Assembly: GCA_951406725.2 (NCBI GenBank) | Contig: OX597840.1 | Span: 3,224,001-3,288,000 of the forward strand | DNA: 64,000 nucleotides | Reading direction: 5' to 3' | From: Octopus vulgaris | Lineage: Eukaryota | Shown: positions 13,797-26,733 of the stretch, piece after piece | Layout: every line of letters starts with the position of its first letter | Numbering within the stretch: the stretch's first letter is position 1 | Program-made: the position numbers and the translations under genes | Notes under the pieces: model-generated | What the model was told of the DNA's origin: nothing | Databases searched by the model: none | What the model saw: the letters and a program-made list of their open reading frames with translations, nothing else

Positions 13797-13844
13797 AATG
13801 TATAAATGTAGAAGTAATAAAGATATACTTACATGTATATAAGC

Positions 13845-13888
<44 letters not shown>

Positions 13889-14097
13889 GCTTAAACGTTA
13901 TCTGCTCAACAGACAACTGAGAAATGCAATAAATTATTACTTCGAACAGGAAACCCTGGGTAGCTATAATTGCTAGATTTGTGGTTTTTAATTTGGGATT
14001 ACCTGTATTCTCTCAGCTGATCGAGTGCTTTCCTACCTGTTGAAGCATTGCCATGTGCGTGTGCATATATATATATATGTATGTATGTATGTATGTA

Positions 14098-14142
<45 letters not shown>

Positions 14143-14310
14143 GTATGTATGTATGTATGTATGCATGTATGTATATAGAGATAGATAAGATTGATATACC
14201 GACATACATACATACATACATACATACATACATACATACATACATACATACATACATTGAAAGATAGATCGATCTCTCCCGCAGCCTTTGTCCCTACGAT
14301 TCAAAACATG

Positions 14311-14362
<52 letters not shown>

Positions 14363-14639
14363 TCCCCTCTTTCTGATACTACGTATCTCGTCTCTCTTTT
14401 CACCCTTCCCTTTCAGGCTTGACCGCTGACCTGTCCAGTCATGCTTGTCTTGAGATCTCTACCTTAGCATTTACCGTCAGCATTCAATTTCTTCCATCTT
14501 TTCGCCTTTTTCTCTCATTCCTTCTCTCAACTCTCCCTTCCAAGTCCCATGGGGCACCATTTCCCATTAACGTTACCTCTAGATGTCGATAGTCTTAATG
14601 CTATCTCATAACCGTGGGGCTATTTTATATATATATATT

Positions 14640-14847
14640 CTCTAATTCTTTTACTCTTCTACACATTTCATGCGGAGCACCCCCTTAAATGGGTTTTAGT
14701 CAAATAAATCGACTCCAGGACTTATTATTTCTAAGATACTTGCTGTAACGGACTCTTTACAAGGACGTTACAAGGACGTAAACACACCAACGCCGTTTGT
14801 CAAGCGTTGATGGAGGTACAAACACAGACACAATGGCACATACACAC

Positions 14848-14900
<53 letters not shown>

Positions 14901-14995
14901 TATATTTATTATTAATAGTTAGGGAATGTAATAATTTCAACCTAGCAGGGAAAAAATTTCAATTTAGCACACTAAATCAAAATTCACAATATATT

Positions 14996-15044
<49 letters not shown>

Positions 15045-15101
15045 AATAATCATAAGATATTTGATTAATTTCTATCTTATTATAGATAATATCTTTTCAC
15101 A

Positions 15102-15166
<65 letters not shown>

Positions 15167-15350
15167 ATGTATTATGTATGTACGTATGTATGTATGTGTA
15201 TATGTATATTTATATATACGACGGGCTTCTTCACTTTCTACCAAATCCACTCACAAGGCTTTGGCTGACCCGAGGCTATAGTAGAAGACACTTCTCCACG
15301 GTGTCACGCTATGGGACTGAACCCGGAACCATGTGGTTGGGAAGCAGCCA
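14640..15350 (-). mobile_element. Diverged SINE family A split by (TA)n expansions and an AT-rich insert
   Basis: Tail half at about 14640-14840 and head half at about 15215-15350. Confidence 0.7.
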
Positions 15351-15865
15351 CATATATTTATATATGTAGTAACAAGTGTCATTTTCCATTGTGTCGTGTC
15401 TTGTTCTGTTGCCATTTATCAAGTATTTGTTTTCGTCTCCGCCCTTTACGTTCCCTCACTTAATTCCAGCAGCTCCTTTGTTACTGGCGCCACCAAAATG
15501 TAAAAACGAATCGTTAAAGGTGCGAAATTTTTATGATATATGGAAGATAATTGATGAGGGAATAGCATGTCCAAGTCTTGTTTGTGTGATTTTTCCTTGT
15601 GGTCCTTCGTCATACGTTTGTGCATTTTTTTTTAATCAACATGTTTGTCCACCTTTCGATCAGAGGTGGCGGGGATGTTGCCCTGCTCACCTAGTCAGCG
15701 GACAGACATCATCTGAAGGCTAAAACAATGCAAATATGCATTGTGACCAGCGATGTGTAACATCATCTGATTACCTAATAACGAATGGTATATTGTTAGT
15801 TACAACTGACCAAAAAGTTACCATTGGTCTCACTATTGCACTCACTATTGCACATGCCAATAGGT

Positions 15866-16137
15866 GGAGGCATATGGCCCAGTGGTTAGAGAAGCAGACT
15901 TGCGGTCGAGGGATTGCGGGTTCGAATCTCAAACCGGGCGATGTGTGTGTTTATGAGCGAAACACATAAGCTCCACGCGGCTCCGGCAGAAGTTAATGGC
16001 GAACTTCTGCTGACTCTTTCGCCACAACTTTCTCTCACTCTTTCCTCCTGCATCTTGCAGCTCACCTGCGACGGACCGGTGTCCTGTCCAGGTGGGAGCC
16101 TATACGCCAAACAAACCGGGAAACCGGCCCTTATGAG
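15866..16137 (+). mobile_element. tRNA-derived SINE family C
   Basis: A box 'tggcccagtggttagag', B box 'gggttcgaatc', body 'cctgcgacggaccggtgtcctgtccagg...aaaccggg'; near-identical reverse copies at 53202-53764. Confidence 0.9.
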
Positions 16138-16424
16138 GCGACTATTCAGGTCTGCTGACCGAAAGCACATAGACTCTTTACGAATAGAGGTAAAAATACA
16201 GTGCTTGGGTATATCATAAATATATAAATGCATTTGATAAATATCAGTTAAGAATGACTTGAAGCATCAATGATGGACCATTCCATATCTTATAGAAATC
16301 GTGCTGGAATGTCTGTCTGGTTTGTCAATTATAATAGTCTTTTAGAATCACGTGCGCACATTTCTCTAACACACCTGTCACTTATGCTAATTTGATCCAT
16401 CTATCAATCTACTTGTTTTAACTA

Positions 16425-16470
<46 letters not shown>

Positions 16471-16767
16471 TTTCTCAGAAACACATGCACTGTCTATCTA
16501 CATTTCTCTCCAAATCTCTTCTTGCTTCCTCCACCTGTCTTCCTCTTTCATCATCATATATATATATATGTGTGTGTGTGTCTGTATATGTACACACACA
16601 TTCATATGTATACACATAAATCATTATATGTGTGTGTATATGTGTGTGCGCGTGCGTGGTCTGTCTACATACCTACATACGCTTACCTGTCTATCTCTCT
16701 AAAATTCCTTCTCTCCCCCTGTTTCTTTCCGTTACCGGCCTTTCCTTCCGTACACACACACATATTC

Positions 16768-17115
16768 TTTTACTCTTTTACTTGTTTCAGTCATTAGACT
16801 GTGACCATGCTGGAGCACCGCCTTTAGTCGAGCAAATCGACTCCAGGACTTATTCTTTGTAAGCCTAGTACTTATTCTATCGGTCTCTTTTGCCAAACCG
16901 CTAAGTTACGGGGACGTAAACACACCAGCATCGGTTGTCAAGCGATGTTGGGGGACAAACACAGACACACACACACACATACATATATACGACGGGCTTC
17001 TTTCAGTTACCGCCTACCAATCCACTCGGCCCGAGGCTATAGTAGAAGACACTTGCCGAAGGTGCCACGCAGTGGGACTGAACCCGGATCCATGTGGTTG
17101 GTAAGCAGGCTACTC
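16768..17115 (-). mobile_element. SINE family A
   Basis: Near-identical to 8355-8777 with small deletions. Confidence 0.9.
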
Positions 17116-18190
17116 CTATCTTTCTAGATATTAATCTCAAGACATACACCCATAGAGAGACGTACAGGTGTATATGCACAAACCTGTCTATTCATCTCTT
17201 TATATATATGCATATATATATTTATACATGTATGTGTATATATGTACACACACACGCACACACACACACACACACACAAACAAACACGCACATGTATGCT
17301 TCAGTACATATTGACATACCTGTATGTATACTCTGTTACCTGGACTGCCAGGTAACTGAATCTTTAATTTCTCTCCCGCTCTCACTTTCTTTCTCTCATT
17401 CCAATCCTTCCACTCCTTCTCACTGTCTCTTTCTCTCTCTTTCCTCCCCTTTGTTTTTCTCTCTCACTCTCTCTCCCTCCTCCTCTCTCTCTCCCTCTCC
17501 CTCTCTCTTCTCTTGTCTCTCTATCTCCGTTTTCCTTCACATTGTTACTATTTCTTCCACCCACTCGCTCTACTCTCATCATACATTTGATCCTTCGCTT
17601 ACATGTGACCTCCACGTCAGCCTCTCTCAAACTCTCTCTCCCTCACACACACGCACAGTCTCTCTCTCTCCCTCTCTCTCTCCTTCCCTCTCTCTCTCTC
17701 TCTCTCTTTCTCTTATTTTCTCTCTTTCCCTCTAACACGCTATATTTCCAACGCTTAAGCATCTCCTACACTCACATCGCTGAATAAAACCAGCCGCCAT
17801 GTCATGCCATGTCAAGATTATCCCCCAGACTGTCAAATTAAGCTATGATCTGTCAAAGACTTCAGATTTCCTTATGAAACCAAGACACGTATCATTCCTA
17901 CACCCTATCAGAAATATCTGCCTGTTATCTGTCCAAAACCAAGCAAGAGAACATCCATTCAAATCGTATTCCCCGACTGTCAATGCTGGAATCTTCCATT
18001 TTTATTTCATATGTTTTTAAGAAAAATGAAATATAAATGGCGTAGAGCTTGCTACGTGTAGCTGTGTGGTTAAGAAGTTCATTTTGCAGTCAAGCGGACT
18101 CGGGTTCGGTTCCACAACGCGGCATCTTTGACGAGTGTCTTCTATCATAGCTCTTGGTCGACCAATTCCTTGTAACTGAATTTGGAGGGA

Positions 18191-18226
<36 letters not shown>

Positions 18227-18337
18227 ATTGGAGCAGGCACGTCTGTCTGATTTTAAAAAATCGTCCTACAAACACTTGATACCGGGTTCTATCCACAACG
18301 TGGCATCATCGAAAGGCTCTTCAACTTTAGCTCCGGT

Positions 18338-18384
<47 letters not shown>

Positions 18385-19145
18385 AAAAGAATTTTATATT
18401 TTATATATTTTGTATATTATATTAATTAATTTTATTTCTATATTTTGGTTTATGTTTTTCGCTGTTTGATTTGCCTAATAGTGGTTACACTCACCATTGT
18501 TTAGAAATTGATTTAAAATGCTATCCGATTGTGAAATAAAAGTCAACTTAGTTAGAATATAAAGCATGAAGGATGATAATAGCTAATTAGTGACATACAC
18601 GCAGGTAGATATATAGATAAGTAGGTAGGTAGGTAATTAGGTAGACAAATAGATAAGCAAGTAGCTTGCGGGTGTGGGGGTGAAATCGGTAGGTATGTAG
18701 CAAGTAGGTAGGTAAGTAGATAGGTAGGTATGCGTGTATGTGTGTTTGTATGTATAAATGTAGGTAGGTAGGTAGGTAGGTAGGTAGGTAGGTAGGTAGG
18801 TAGGTAGGTAGGTAGGTAGGTAGGTAGGTAGGTGGGTAGGTAGGTAGGAAAGAAGGCGGATTGCTTAGAGTTTTAAACCAAATAACGTAAAAGTGATTAT
18901 TAGGTGAGATAGATACATAGATACATACGTACATACAGAAGAGAGAGACAAGCGGACATACGAATATTTATATATAAACAGAAATCGATATATAGAGAGA
19001 TAGCTAGATAGATACATACATACATACATACATACATACATACATACATACGTAAATACATAGACGATGTTTAGATAGGTACATACACAGGCTCATAGAG
19101 AGAGAAAGATGTGTTTATACTTCCATAGATAGATAGATAGATTGG

Positions 19146-19198
<53 letters not shown>

Positions 19199-19211
19199 GG
19201 ATGGATGGATG

Positions 19212-19302
<91 letters not shown>

Positions 19303-19608
19303 TTATTAATTCTCCCCTGCTTCGAGTCTTATTGCAATATATGTAAAAAAAATGTCTGTCCTTTTTCTAAGGCCGCAATATATGAAGAGAAACGAAAAAA
19401 CGAAAAATAAGAATTACTTCTATGTCTAGCATAGCATGGAACTACGAAGAGGCTTCCTCTCCTGCTCGCTGTTTCTTCTGATAGATTTATAAACCTCCTT
19501 TATCTTTCGCTGCTATCGGCTATAATTACTTGCTGTAATCTACTAAGCTTACCACATTAATTATCTATTGACATTTGCAACTAAACAAAATAAATCTGAA
19601 GCAAACAT

Positions 19609-19696
19609 AGGCGCAGGAGTGGCTGTGTGGTAAGTAGCTTGCTAACCGACCACATGGTGCCGGGTTCAGTCCCACTGCGTGGCATCTTGGGCAAGT
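19609..19696 (+). mobile_element. SINE family A head, 3'-truncated
   Basis: 'ggcgcaggagtggctgtgtggtaagtagcttgct...gggttcagtcccactgcgtggcatcttgggcaagtg'. Confidence 0.88.
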
Positions 19697-19747
19697 GAGA
19701 GAACTCGGAAGATGGGGGCCTTCAAGCACGCCTTCTGTATATACTTC

Positions 19748-19794
<47 letters not shown>

Positions 19795-20109
19795 ATCCGA
19801 TTCTCATCTATCAAGTATATATGTATTTATATATATGTGTGTGTATGTGTGTGTGTTTGTGTGTGTGTGTGTATACGTATTCTGGTGTACCGCCTTTATG
19901 CGAGGAAATCGACTCCATAACTTATTCTTTGTAAGTCTAGCACTTATTCTATCGGTCTCTTATGCCGACCCACTAGGTTCCGGGCAGTATATACACCAGC
20001 ACTGGGTGTCATGCAATGTTGGGTGACAAACACACTCACACAAACATACATACACATACACACACGCACATATATATATATATAAATAGACACACACACA
20101 CACATACAC

Positions 20110-20270
20110 ACGGGGTTTGATGAAAGGTTCTTGGCTTTGGATAAAAGAAAATACAGGAGGACCAGTTAATTATGATTTTATTCAACTTAGTCCCCTCCCA
20201 GGTTCACACACTTATCGTAGTGATCTTTCAGTTTTTCTAAGGCCTGAAGATGAACTCGGAGGTTTGGGGC
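20110..20270 (-). mobile_element. Mariner-derived MITE end, related to 60041-60246
   Basis: 'cagttaattatgattttattc' and 'ttcacacacttat' are reverse complements of motifs in 60158-60210. Confidence 0.65.
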
Positions 20271-20483
20271 ACCCGCTCATACTCCTATGATTCTTGTTTC
20301 TGGTACAAATAGCTATCCGAGTCGTATTCTGTTGGAGATGCCGTCATGTGAAGGATTTTTACGCACTCAAACATACACACATGTGAATATACATAAATAC
20401 AAATATATATTATTGATTACTTATTGGATTTTAATAGGGACACCAATGTAGGACCGAAAACAGTATATCCGTGTGTCATCAGT

Positions 20484-21000
20484 TTCTTTGATAACGTCCA
20501 GGTTTCTGAGCTATATAGTAGAATTAGTTCGACTGTGGCTTTGAATATTTCAAGTTTGAAGTCTCTACTTAGATTTGATGACCAGATCTTATGCATGTCA
20601 TTACAGGCTGACCAGGCCATACCCTTTCTAGCTTGAGAGGCGGTTGGATGGAACCTACACTCGCCTCCTTATGAGAGCTCAAAATCTCTCGTGGAAGCGC
20701 CATCCAACCAAAATGCAAATATATGGGAAACTACAACCTGTGTCATCTCTTGTGAAAGGTAGGAGAGTCCAGTTTGCTGGACATTGTTGTAGAGCTGAAA
20801 AAGAAGTAATTTCTACTCTTCTCCTCTGGAAGTCATCTACTCGCAATACCAGAGGGCGCACACTCTCCTATCCTGATGTAATCTCCAGGGATACAGGCAT
20901 CCAGCAACAGGACCTCCGTAATGCCATGATGGACCGTGAAGTCTGGCGTAGCATGGTAAATTCCATTGTCTCGACCACGGTCGAACAATGATGATGATGA
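20484..21000 (+). mobile_element. 5'-truncated RTE-like LINE with 5' inversion, (TGA)n tail and 12-bp TSD
   Basis: Minus strand 20629-20481 gives RKGMAWSACNDMHKIWSSNLSRDFKLEIFKATVELILLYSSETWTLSKKL; plus strand 20630-20991 continues LERRLDGTYTRLLMRAQNLSW...RRVQFAGHCCR...AMMDREVWR; TSD 'tgtgtcatcagt' at 20472-20483 and 21001-21012. Confidence 0.93.
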
Positions 21001-21264
21001 TGTGTCATCAGTATATACACACACACGCACGCACATACACAAATGTATATAAGGACTTACCCAATTACTTATATATAGGCGCACAAAGATCGATATATAC
21101 TCATCGATAAAAGTACCCATGTACGTGTTAAATCAAACACAAGCATACTTTGATTTGCAGTCCAAGGTACACAAGGAACACACCCCGCTCACACACGCAC
21201 CAACCCCCCACACATAGATACATACATATATGCATATATGTATGCATGTATATGTGTGTGTGAA

Positions 21265-21606
21265 GGCGCATGGCTCAGTGGTTAGAGCGTCGAGCTTACA
21301 ATCGTGAGGTTGTGATTTCGAAGCTCGGACCGGGATGCGTGTTGTGTTCTTGGACAAAACACTTTATTTCACATAGCTCCAGTTCGCTCAGCTGTAGAAA
21401 TGAGTTGCGACGTCACAAGTGCCAAGCTGTATCGACCCCTTTGCCTTTCCCTTGGATAACATCAGTGGTGTGGAGAGGGGAAGTTGGTATGCATGGGTGA
21501 CTGCTGGTCTTCTATAAACAACCTTGCCCGGACATGTGCCTCAGAGGGTAACTTTCTGTTTCTAGGTGCAATTCTAATGGTCAGTCATGACCGAGCGGGG
21601 GGTCTC
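21265..21606 (+). mobile_element. tRNA-derived SINE family D
   Basis: A box 'tggctcagtggttagagc', degenerate B box, CORE-like 'gtgttcttggacaaaacactttatttc...ctcagctgtagaaatgag'. Confidence 0.75.
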
Positions 21607-21639
21607 AGCACACAGACACACACACAGACACACACATAC

Positions 21640-21683
<44 letters not shown>

Positions 21684-21850
21684 CGGCGCAGGCGTGGCTG
21701 TTTGAAAAGAAATTTGCTTTCTCACCACGTGATTCCAGGTTCGGCCACACTACCTGCCACCTCGGGCAAGTGTCTTGTACTATAGCCTCGGCCTCACCAA
21801 AGCCTTCTGAGTAGAACTGATTGACGGACCTTGAAAAAAGCCCAACACAC

Positions 21851-21894
<44 letters not shown>

Positions 21895-21899
21895 GTGTA

Positions 21900-21935
<36 letters not shown>

Positions 21936-22110
21936 TGTGACCACCATTTATTTAACAACCGGTGTTGTTTCAATTACCGTAACCTAGTAGTTGGGCAAAA
22001 GACCCCGATAAAATAAGCACCAGGTTTTAAATTAGAAATTTCATCGGAAAATCCTTGAAGGTGTTGCACCAGCATGACCGCAGTCAAATGACTGAAAAAT
22101 GTAAAAGGCA
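21684..22110 (+). mobile_element. Old diverged SINE family A copy
   Basis: Head 'ggcgcaggcgtggctg', tail 'ccagcatgaccgcagtcaaatgactgaaa'. Confidence 0.75.
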
Positions 22111-22509
22111 AAATATAAATGCTACGTACCAACATACCTCGACTTACATCGTTTCAATCGACACCTTTTCCGACTTTAAGTATTTGTGTTTCGTTTTTTA
22201 AGAAAACGAATCAACTGCAGGCAATTTATCTAACTTTACGTCGGTCTCAGCGGACATATTTAAGAGCAGAGAAATTGAACAGCAAAAAAGACCAAAAACA
22301 AATACGGAAGCATAGAATGCTTGTTGAGATATGCTGAAACCAAATATAAGCTAATAAATTAAAGCAGATATAAGCTAAGAAATCAGTTAAATGGGACTTT
22401 TTTTATCTGTTTGTTGCGTAGTTTTACAAGTTAAATTGGATGTACGGAGGTAATTACCGACGTAAATTTAGGTGTGTGAGCATATACATACATACATATA
22501 TATATATAC

Positions 22510-22568
<59 letters not shown>

Positions 22569-22657
22569 TATATACATACATATATATACATATGTATATA
22601 TATACATATATATATATATATATGTATGTATATATAAATATATACACATATATATAC

Positions 22658-22690
<33 letters not shown>

Positions 22691-22844
22691 TATATACATT
22701 ATAAAAGTAGGGTTCAGCAAAATAATTTACTTTACCACACACCAAACTTTTTAGAAATAGCAGCCAAAAATTTTAGCTATTTCTTCTACTGTAAGAAAAA
22801 TCTCCCAATAATTAATAATTAATTAGTTTTACCCTTTTATTATT

Positions 22845-22928
<84 letters not shown>

Positions 22929-23126
22929 ATGTACACATCTATACATGCGCGCGCTCCTATGTGTTTGTGTGTATGTGTGTGTTTGTGTGTTCACAGACAT
23001 CTGGTGTCATTACATTGTCCTACGCGCTCTAGGGACCAGTGCAGAATGGAGCCGAGACGATTGCTGTGCTAATAAATGCTTCTATTTACACTCAAATATC
23101 TGTTACTGTATTAGTCTTCTAATATA

Positions 23127-23521
23127 CAGGTATTGGACAAAATAATGGAAACACCTCAAAATTTCAAAGAAATATATCTTAATATGGGGTAGGACCCCCT
23201 TTGGGAGCAATTACAGCTTGAATACTACGAGGTATGGATTCGAACAAAGTTTGAATTGTATCCAAAGAAATTTTTGTCCGTTCTTCAGCTAAAACAGTCT
23301 CCAGTTCTTGTAGTGATGATGGAGAAGGATATCGGCTCCTTACTTGTTTTTCTAAAATGCACCATAAATGTTCAATGATATTGAGATCTGTGGACTGTGG
23401 TCGCCAGATCAAAAACCATAAAATTAAAAACTATAGAAACAAACAAGCTTTTAATGGTTTTATAGATATTTCAAAAATATGCTATGATGCTAGGTGTTTC
23501 CATTATTTTTTCTAACTCCTG
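23127..23521 (-). mobile_element. Internally deleted Tc1-like DNA transposon (395 bp) retaining both 30-bp TIRs
   Basis: TIRs 'caggtattggacaaaataatggaaacacct' and 'aggtgtttccattattttttctaactcctg'; left flank TA; minus ORF WRPQSTDLNIIEHLW...SIPRSIQAVIAPKGGPTPY* is a Tc1 catalytic C-terminus. Confidence 0.93.
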
Positions 23522-23547
23522 TGTATATATAAATACATATATATAAA

Positions 23548-23839
23548 TCAAAATAAATAACAAGGATATTCAGAGGTAATGCAGTACGATCGTTTCAAGC
23601 AATTCCATTTAATTAAACAATGCAGTCATTACATCAATTTAAATGCAGAATAATCCTGGAGATTTTAGGCAAAATTATACTAATGTGTCCATCTGTTTTA
23701 ATTTAATTAAATTCTATGTCTTTATGCAGCTGAGGATTACCCTGCATTTAAATTGATGTAATGATTGCATTGTTCAATTAAAAGGAGTTATTTGAAACGA
23801 TCGTACCGCATTACCTCTGGATATCCTTGGTTATTTTGA
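23548..23839. repeat. Long inverted repeat (~110-bp arms, ~75-bp spacer)
   Basis: 23548-23657 is the reverse complement of 23733-23839 with about ten substitutions and a small indel. Confidence 0.92.
23724..23811 (+). ncRNA. Putative type I hammerhead ribozyme motif (minimal, palindromic stem III)
   Basis: atgcag-CTGAGGA-[long imperfect stem II]-GAAA-cgatcg-TA-ccgcat. Confidence 0.6.
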
Positions 23840-24032
23840 CTTTAATCACCTTACTTTGAAAATGTATGGATAATACCGTACTAAATTCTGCTGCCTCAAC
23901 TTCAGTACCATATTCATCTCAATTTATATATACATACATACATACATACATACATACATACATACATACATACATACATACATACTCCCTCTCTCTCTCC
24001 CTCTCTCTCTATATATTCTCTCTATATATGTA

Positions 24033-24087
<55 letters not shown>

Positions 24088-24108
24088 GTATGCATGTATA
24101 TATATATA

Positions 24109-24262
24109 TACGAATCAAAACAGTTTGATTCGAATTCCGTGGTACTTCAAGTTTCAAAGCATAAGAAGCTTAACCTCAACCATTTCGAATGGGTGAGGAT
24201 AAGCATCTTATGACTTGAAACTTGAAATACCAGGGAATTAGAATTAAACTGTTTTGACCATA
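24109..24262. mobile_element. Palindromic fold-back MITE, TA-flanked
   Basis: 24115-24184 pairs with 24188-24257 (70-bp arms, 3-nt loop, about nine mismatches); partial second copy at 51078-51115. Confidence 0.8.
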
Positions 24263-24314
24263 CATGTAACTCCCAATAACTGTATTGTGAGCCCTTCTTT
24301 TGTTTGTCCACTCA

Positions 24315-24376
<62 letters not shown>

Positions 24377-24787
24377 CATAGGTAAGACCGAAGAATCCTG
24401 GTGTAGAAAGTTAGTAAGCTTCGAGTAGTGTGTAGAAAGTATAAAAAACAACTTTCAGGTACATGAGCGGTTTATTGGCGTAGGACGTTGAAAATTTTTT
24501 TCCCCATATTAAACTGCGATAAGTTGAATAAAGTTATCATATAGTTCACGGTTAGCAACTAGGGTTGCTATGTATGCGAATATAAATCCAAATTGAAGGA
24601 ATGGAACAGGTTGCTTATGTTTCTTTGCTAGCAAAATCTCCGAAGTAATAATTGCTCAATGAGGCGTACACCACAAGCTGCTCATCGGGTGGAAGATAAT
24701 TTAGTTAAATGAAGGTTACATTGTCGTTAAGGCATCTCATGGTAACTGCCACGAAATTTCACCGGAAATGTTGAAGATATATATATA

Positions 24788-24839
<52 letters not shown>

Positions 24840-24895
24840 CATCCATCCATCCATATATACACATAAATACATACATACTTACATACATACGTACA

Positions 24896-24951
<56 letters not shown>

Positions 24952-24981
24952 GAATTTATAAAAGTAGCACTTGTTTTAGTA

Positions 24982-25403
24982 TACTCTTTACTCTTTTTTA
25001 CTCTTTTTACTTGTTTCAGTCATTTGACTGCGGCCATGCTGGAGCACCGCCTTTAGTCGAGCAACTCGACCCCGGGACTTATTCTTTGTAAGCCCAGTAC
25101 TTATTCTATCGGTCTCTTTTGCCGAACCGCTAAGTGACGGGGACGTAAACACACCAGCATCGGTTGTCAAGCAATGCTAGGGGAACAAACACAGACACAC
25201 AAACATATTCACACACACTTATATATATATACATATATACGACAGGCTTCTTTCAGTTTCCGTCTGCCAAATCCACTCACAAGGCATTGGTCGGCCCGGG
25301 GCTATAGCAGAAGACACTTGCCCAAGATGCCACGCAGTGGGACTGAACCCGGAACCATGTGGTTGGTTAGCAAGCTACTTACCAAACAGCCACTCCTGCG
25401 CCT
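24982..25403 (-). mobile_element. SINE family A, full length
   Basis: Complete head, central microsatellite and tail. Confidence 0.93.
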
Positions 25404-25420
25404 ATGATATATTTTTAAAA

Positions 25421-25495
25421 AGGCGGCAAGCTGTAGAAATGTTAACACGCCGGGCGCGAACTGCTTAGCAGTATATCGTTTGTCTTTTCGTTCCA
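25421..25495 (+). mobile_element. SINE family B head, truncated
   Basis: 'ggcggcaagctgtagaaatgttaacacgccgggcgcg'. Confidence 0.75.
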
Positions 25496-26175
25496 AGCTT
25501 CATCATTTACCATACCCACAAGTCATCCCAAACATCACGAATGGAACTGAGCCATTGGAAACTGTACGGAATTCCTTTATATATATTGTACCTGAAATTT
25601 GAAAACCCAGTTTTTTCACATGATATCTAACACTGATACTGCCTAAGAATTGAGATGATACACATCTAAGAGATACTCAGCCACTAATTCAACTGAAGGA
25701 ACCATCAAACTTATCGTCGAAAACGACGAGGCGCCAATTACTCTTTCGCGTGTATACTGACATGTCTATATGCCGCAGAAGCCGATATCAATGTTTAATC
25801 TTGCGCGACAATCCAGTTTGTGGCAGTCACGCGTGTCCATCAATCATGCGTGTCATTCACAATCACTCTACTATTCACCACCATCATCATCATCCCACCT
25901 ATCTAGTCTACTAATCTTCTTAATCTGATTTGAAACTGCTAGAAAATGAGCCGAATCTGTTTGTGTGACTGATTTCATAACACTAAAAGTTGTATGGGAT
26001 CGATCGTGTGTAATTGGTCTTCGTGTAGATGTCTCACCCCCAAATTTAGCCTTAAATCGCGGTGAGAAATGTTTTCGGTCCATGGATTATATTTGCCCCA
26101 TGTATAAATCGTACCCCAGTTTTTTTCACTTAAAATAAAGGATAAATTATTGTACATAATGCACGCGTATCATCA

Positions 26176-26223
<48 letters not shown>

Positions 26224-26228
<5 letters not shown>

Positions 26229-26440
26229 TAGTTTTATTTTTATAGCGTGCTTTCACTTCACTACCGAGCGCAGCTCTGTGTGCCTTGGGTATGTGCTGTG
26301 ATTTGTTGTGATGCTCTGATGGTTATTGTATGGAAAGTGTTCTGCGTAGGATGTGTGCAGTGCCTAGTAATGCAATTTTCTGTATGTTATATGTGTTTGT
26401 AAGTCCTGGTGTTTTTGTTATGTATTTTGTTATGTATTTG

Positions 26441-26442
<2 letters not shown>
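26224..26442 (-). mobile_element. 3' end of R4/Dong-like RLE LINE flanked by (TAA)n
   Basis: Minus strand KYITKTPGLTNTYNIQKIALLGTAHILRRTLSIQ* plus a short 3' UTR; TTA arrays on both sides. Confidence 0.88.
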
Positions 26443-26479
<37 letters not shown>

Positions 26480-26733
26480 GTCACATTATTTAGATTCGAC
26501 GGATATTTGTCCTCATCTTGTTTGTTTTAACACAACGTTTTTGGCTGATATACACTCCAGCCTTCTTCAAGTATATTGGGGAAATTTCGAACCTAGGTTC
26601 TCATTGCTAAGGTATTTTTCGATCTTATCATTATTATTCTTATTGTTGTTGTTGTTGTTGTTGTTGTTATTGTTCAGGTCACTGCTTGGAATCGAACTCG
26701 GAATCTTGGGGTTATTAGCCCGCGCTCTTAACC
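26480..26733 (-). mobile_element. tRNA-headed short element with internal (AAC)n and a degenerate hammerhead-like 3' motif
   Basis: Minus strand: 'ggttaagagcgcgggctaataaccccaagattccgagttcgattcc' (B box), then 'atacTTGAAGAaggctggagtgtatatcagccAAAAAcgTTgtgt'. Confidence 0.6.

Noticed and set aside
15866-15945. tRNA-like sequences here and at 21265 and 53690-53764
   Set aside because: No complete acceptor stem, and they continue into SINE bodies; SINE heads rather than tRNA genes.
26000-26170. Possible pogo/Tc2-like MITE
   Set aside because: Subterminal motifs are suggestive but the two ends do not match well enough to call TIRs.
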